A stretch of DNA of 64,000 nt, from positions 576,945-640,944 of the forward strand of contig CBDIIB010000003.1 of assembly GCA_965279525.1 (NCBI GenBank), given 5' to 3'. The stretch's first letter is position 1, and each line of letters begins with the position of its first letter. A model generated the notes under the pieces. The model was not told the DNA's origin and made no database searches. It worked only from the letters and a program-made list of their open reading frames with translations. Positions 61,619 through 64,000 of the stretch are shown piece after piece. Source of the stretch: Tagaea sp. GTDB taxonomy: Bacteria; Pseudomonadota; Alphaproteobacteria; CACIAM-22H2. Both the position numbers and the translations under genes were made by a program.

Positions 61619-62319
61619 CAGATGTCGAGCGGCGAGCCGCGGACCGTCGAGAGCTGGGACAGCGGCAGCTTGTTGCCGTTGACGGTGAGCAGCACGGTCC
61701 CGTTCGCGTAGTCGACCTGCGTGACGGTGCCGATCACCTTGCTGGAGGTCTGGATGGCGCCGCCCGTCGAGTTCATCGCGGAGATCTCGACCTGGTAGTC
61801 GCCATCGGGAAGCTTGGAGCCGCTGTCCGAATAGCCGTTCCACGTCAGGGCATGGTCGCCCGCGTCCGTTTCGCCTTCAGTGCGCGCGACGAGCTGGCCG
61901 TCCTTGTTGTAGATGCTGACGACGACGCGCGCGGCTGCTTCGGGCAGCGTGTAGGTGATCGTGCCTTCGCCGCCGTACAGCCCGACGAGGCTGCCCGTCA
62001 TCTCGACGGTCTTGCCGATGTAGTTCACGGCATTGGCCGACTGCGAGTTGCGCTGCATGGAGATCAGCGTCTCGAGGTTCTGGTTCTGCCGGATCGACTG
62101 CTCGACCGACGAGAACTGCACGAGCTGCTGGGTGAACTGCGTGGTGTCCATCGGCGACAGCGGATCCTGGTTCTGCAGCTGCGTGGTGAGCAGCTTGAGG
62201 AACGTGTCGAAGTTCGATCCGAAGGTGGCCTTGGCCGCGGCGGCCGAGCCGGAGGCGGCCGAGCCGGTCGTCAGGTTCGTTCCACCGGCGGTCTGGGTTG
62301 CGGCGAGGGAGGATGACAT
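61618..62319 (-). CDS. flgD: Flagellar hook capping protein FlgD
   Basis: FLKLLTTQLQNQDPLSPMD, QLVQFSSVEQ, WNG...PDGDY. Confidence 0.96.
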   Translation of the reverse strand: MSSSLAATQTAGGTNLTTGSAASGSAAAAKATFGSNFDTFLKLLTTQLQNQDPLSPMDTTQFTQQLVQFSSVEQSIRQNQNLETLISMQRNSQSANAVNYIGKTVEMTGSLVGLYGGEGTITYTLPEAAARVVVSIYNKDGQLVARTEGETDAGDHALTWNGYSDSGSKLPDGDYQVEISAMNSTGGAIQTSSKVIGTVTQVDYANGTVLLTVNGNKLPLSQLSTVRGSPLDI

Positions 62320-62343
62320 GGCGGTTTCTCCGTGGCTTTCGGA

Positions 62344-64000
62344 TCAGGCGTTGAGGTCGACGCGGCCGTTGGCGGCGCGCGGGCGGACATAGCTTGCGGA
62401 GATCGCGGGTACTGCGGTCTCGGCGGTTTCATCGGCTTTGCGACGTTCGGCGAACTGGGCGCCCATGTCGCGGAAGGCCTGGGAATTGTCGCGGTTGTCG
62501 CCGCGAAGCGAGAAGTTGAGCCCGCCGGCGTCGGCACGCAGGCCGGCTTCGGAAAGCGCGTTCTCGAGCTGGCGGGAGTCGCTCTTGAGCATTTCGAGCG
62601 TCTGCTGGCGATCGGCCGCGAAGGCCGCGCGCAGCGTGCCGTCGGCGCGCAGATCGAGCTTGATGTCGATGCGCCCGAGTTCGGCCGGGTTGAGACGGAT
62701 GCTGATCTGGTCGAGGCCGTCCGAGACCGCCTTGCGGATATGGACGGCGACCTGTTCGTGCGGCGGCACGAGCGGCATGCGGGCGGCGGGCTTGGGCCCC
62801 TCGGTCGACTGGGCGGCACGCGCGGCATCGAGGTTCTGGGCGAAGATGTTCGTCGGCTCGGCCGACTTGGCTGGGACCTTGGCGTCCTCGGCCTCGACCG
62901 GCATGCGCGCGGCGGACATGGTCGCATCGAGCGAAGCGTTGTCGTTGCTGACGACGGCCTGCACGGCGAAGGCGGTCACGGGTGCCACAGGTGCGGCGAT
63001 CGCGGCGGGCTGCGCCACCGTGACGATCAGCTTGCCTTCCTTGGCATCGCTGTCGGCTTTCGCGGCTTCCTTGCCGGCTTCGGAAACGGGCAGGGCAGTA
63101 GGTGCGAGCGGATTGCGCAGCAGGAAGTCGGCGTAGGCTTCGGTCGTCGGCTCGGCCTGCTTGGCGGTCTCGGCCAGGGTCGAGGTCGGCAACGCAATCT
63201 CGGACGGGGCTGCGACCTTGGCGGCCTTCATGTCGATGGCGGCCTTGGCCGGATCCGGAGCCGCGTCGGAGAGGGGAGCGGCCGGGACGGCAGCCGGGGC
63301 GGCCTTCAGGTCGGCGGCATCGGCGGTCTCGGCTTCGACCGGCATTTCGACAGGCGCTGCTACCGGTGCGGCGACCGGCGCGGCGACCGGTGCGGCAACC
63401 GGCTCGGGCGTGCCGGGATTCACGAGCGCAAGGGCGGCAAGCAGCTCGGCTGCGGCCGCCGCTTCGTCAACCTTCGCGACGACGAGGACGGCGTCGTCAG
63501 CGAGCTTGGCTGCGTCTGCCGCCTGCGCGATTGCGGCGTGCACGGTGTCCTCTGGAGCGGCTTCGGCCGGAACCGGTGCTTCGGCCTGCTCGACCGGCAT
63601 CGGCTTTTCGGCAGTCTCGGAATTCTCGGCTGCCGGCTTTTCGGCGGACGCTTTCTCGGACTTCGCCTTCTCGGCATCGGCAATCCGGGCGCGCAGGCTG
63701 TGACGCTCGTTCGAGGCATGATCCGGCCGTTCGCCCTTTTCGCGGCGCTCGGCGCGTTCGTTCTTTTCGGCGCGATCCGCGCGGTCGGCGGCTTCTGCGC
63801 GTTCGAGATGCTCGGGCTTGGAAGCGGGGGCATCGTTGCGCCGCGCCGTCTCGACGGACGGGCGCTGAGTCTGGCGATCGACGCGGGCGCGTGCCGAGTG
63901 CGCCTCGAGCAGGTTGGAAAACCGCTTGTCCGACGATTCCGACGCGCGACGTGATGTCGAGGCGCCGGACTGTTCGGAGCGGAAGAGCTGGTCGATCGCG
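62344..64000 (-). CDS. fliK: Flagellar hook-length control protein FliK (5' end outside the window)
   Basis: IRLNPAELGRIDI, LENALSEAGL, LNFSL; A/P/E-rich N-region; frame open without stops to position 63999. Confidence 0.9.
   Translation of the reverse strand, partial: AIDQLFRSEQSGASTSRRASESSDKRFSNLLEAHSARARVDRQTQRPSVETARRNDAPASKPEHLERAEAADRADRAEKNERAERREKGERPDHASNERHSLRARIADAEKAKSEKASAEKPAAENSETAEKPMPVEQAEAPVPAEAAPEDTVHAAIAQAADAAKLADDAVLVVAKVDEAAAAAELLAALALVNPGTPEPVAAPVAAPVAAPVAAPVEMPVEAETADAADLKAAPAAVPAAPLSDAAPDPAKAAIDMKAAKVAAPSEIALPTSTLAETAKQAEPTTEAYADFLLRNPLAPTALPVSEAGKEAAKADSDAKEGKLIVTVAQPAAIAAPVAPVTAFAVQAVVSNDNASLDATMSAARMPVEAEDAKVPAKSAEPTNIFAQNLDAARAAQSTEGPKPAARMPLVPPHEQVAVHIRKAVSDGLDQISIRLNPAELGRIDIKLDLRADGTLRAAFAADRQQTLEMLKSDSRQLENALSEAGLRADAGGLNFSLRGDNRDNSQAFRDMGAQFAERRKADETAETAVPAISASYVRPRAANGRVDLNA
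63356..63403 (-). repeat. Degenerate 12-bp tandem repeat encoding PVAA units in fliK
   Basis: EPVAAPVAAPVAAPVAAPV in the translation; synonymous variation between units. Confidence 0.7.

Noticed and set aside
62344-64000. fliK seemingly starting at 63600
   Set aside because: The frame stays open to the window edge; the gene is cut by the window, not truncated.

Overview
A GC-rich, densely coding core-chromosome segment of an alphaproteobacterium; the FlhF/FlhG/FlbD/SciP flagellar set and gene order suggest a Rhodospirillales-like lineage (inference). Left to right: the trpD-trpC-moaC-moeA operon running into a probable lexA promoter; an accessory block (PleC/DivJ-like Cache kinase, lipoprotein, cueR, hydrolase, divergent deacetylase, copZ); ppiD/tpiA; secG-pyrG-kdsA...eno-ftsB with small inserted genes; a second Cache kinase; FAH/doxX/lysR; pdhABC-lpdA-lipA-ratA-pirin; cinA-pgpA-ispDF; dusB-ntrBC-ntrYX-dat-HAD-hfq-hflX; CIRCE-groESL; and a flagellar cluster (fliK, flgD, sciP, fliF, short fliG, fliH, fliN, flbD, flhA, flhF, flhG, FliK-like). 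I saw no rRNA, tRNA, CRISPR array or transposase. Top leads: (1) an intact-looking 79-aa FliG N-domain-only gene in the fliG position; (2) a candidate CTP-sensing leaderless start-site switch at pyrG; (3) a 19/22-bp operator shared by pirin and doxX genes 10.7 kb apart; (4) twin 19-bp-spacer CueR promoters, one hidden inside another ORF; (5) a GANTC/CtrA cluster at ftsB; (6) CTAG overlaps at six of eight convergent gene junctions; (7) a probable CTG start for hflX. All calls rest on motif recognition by eye; no searches were run.
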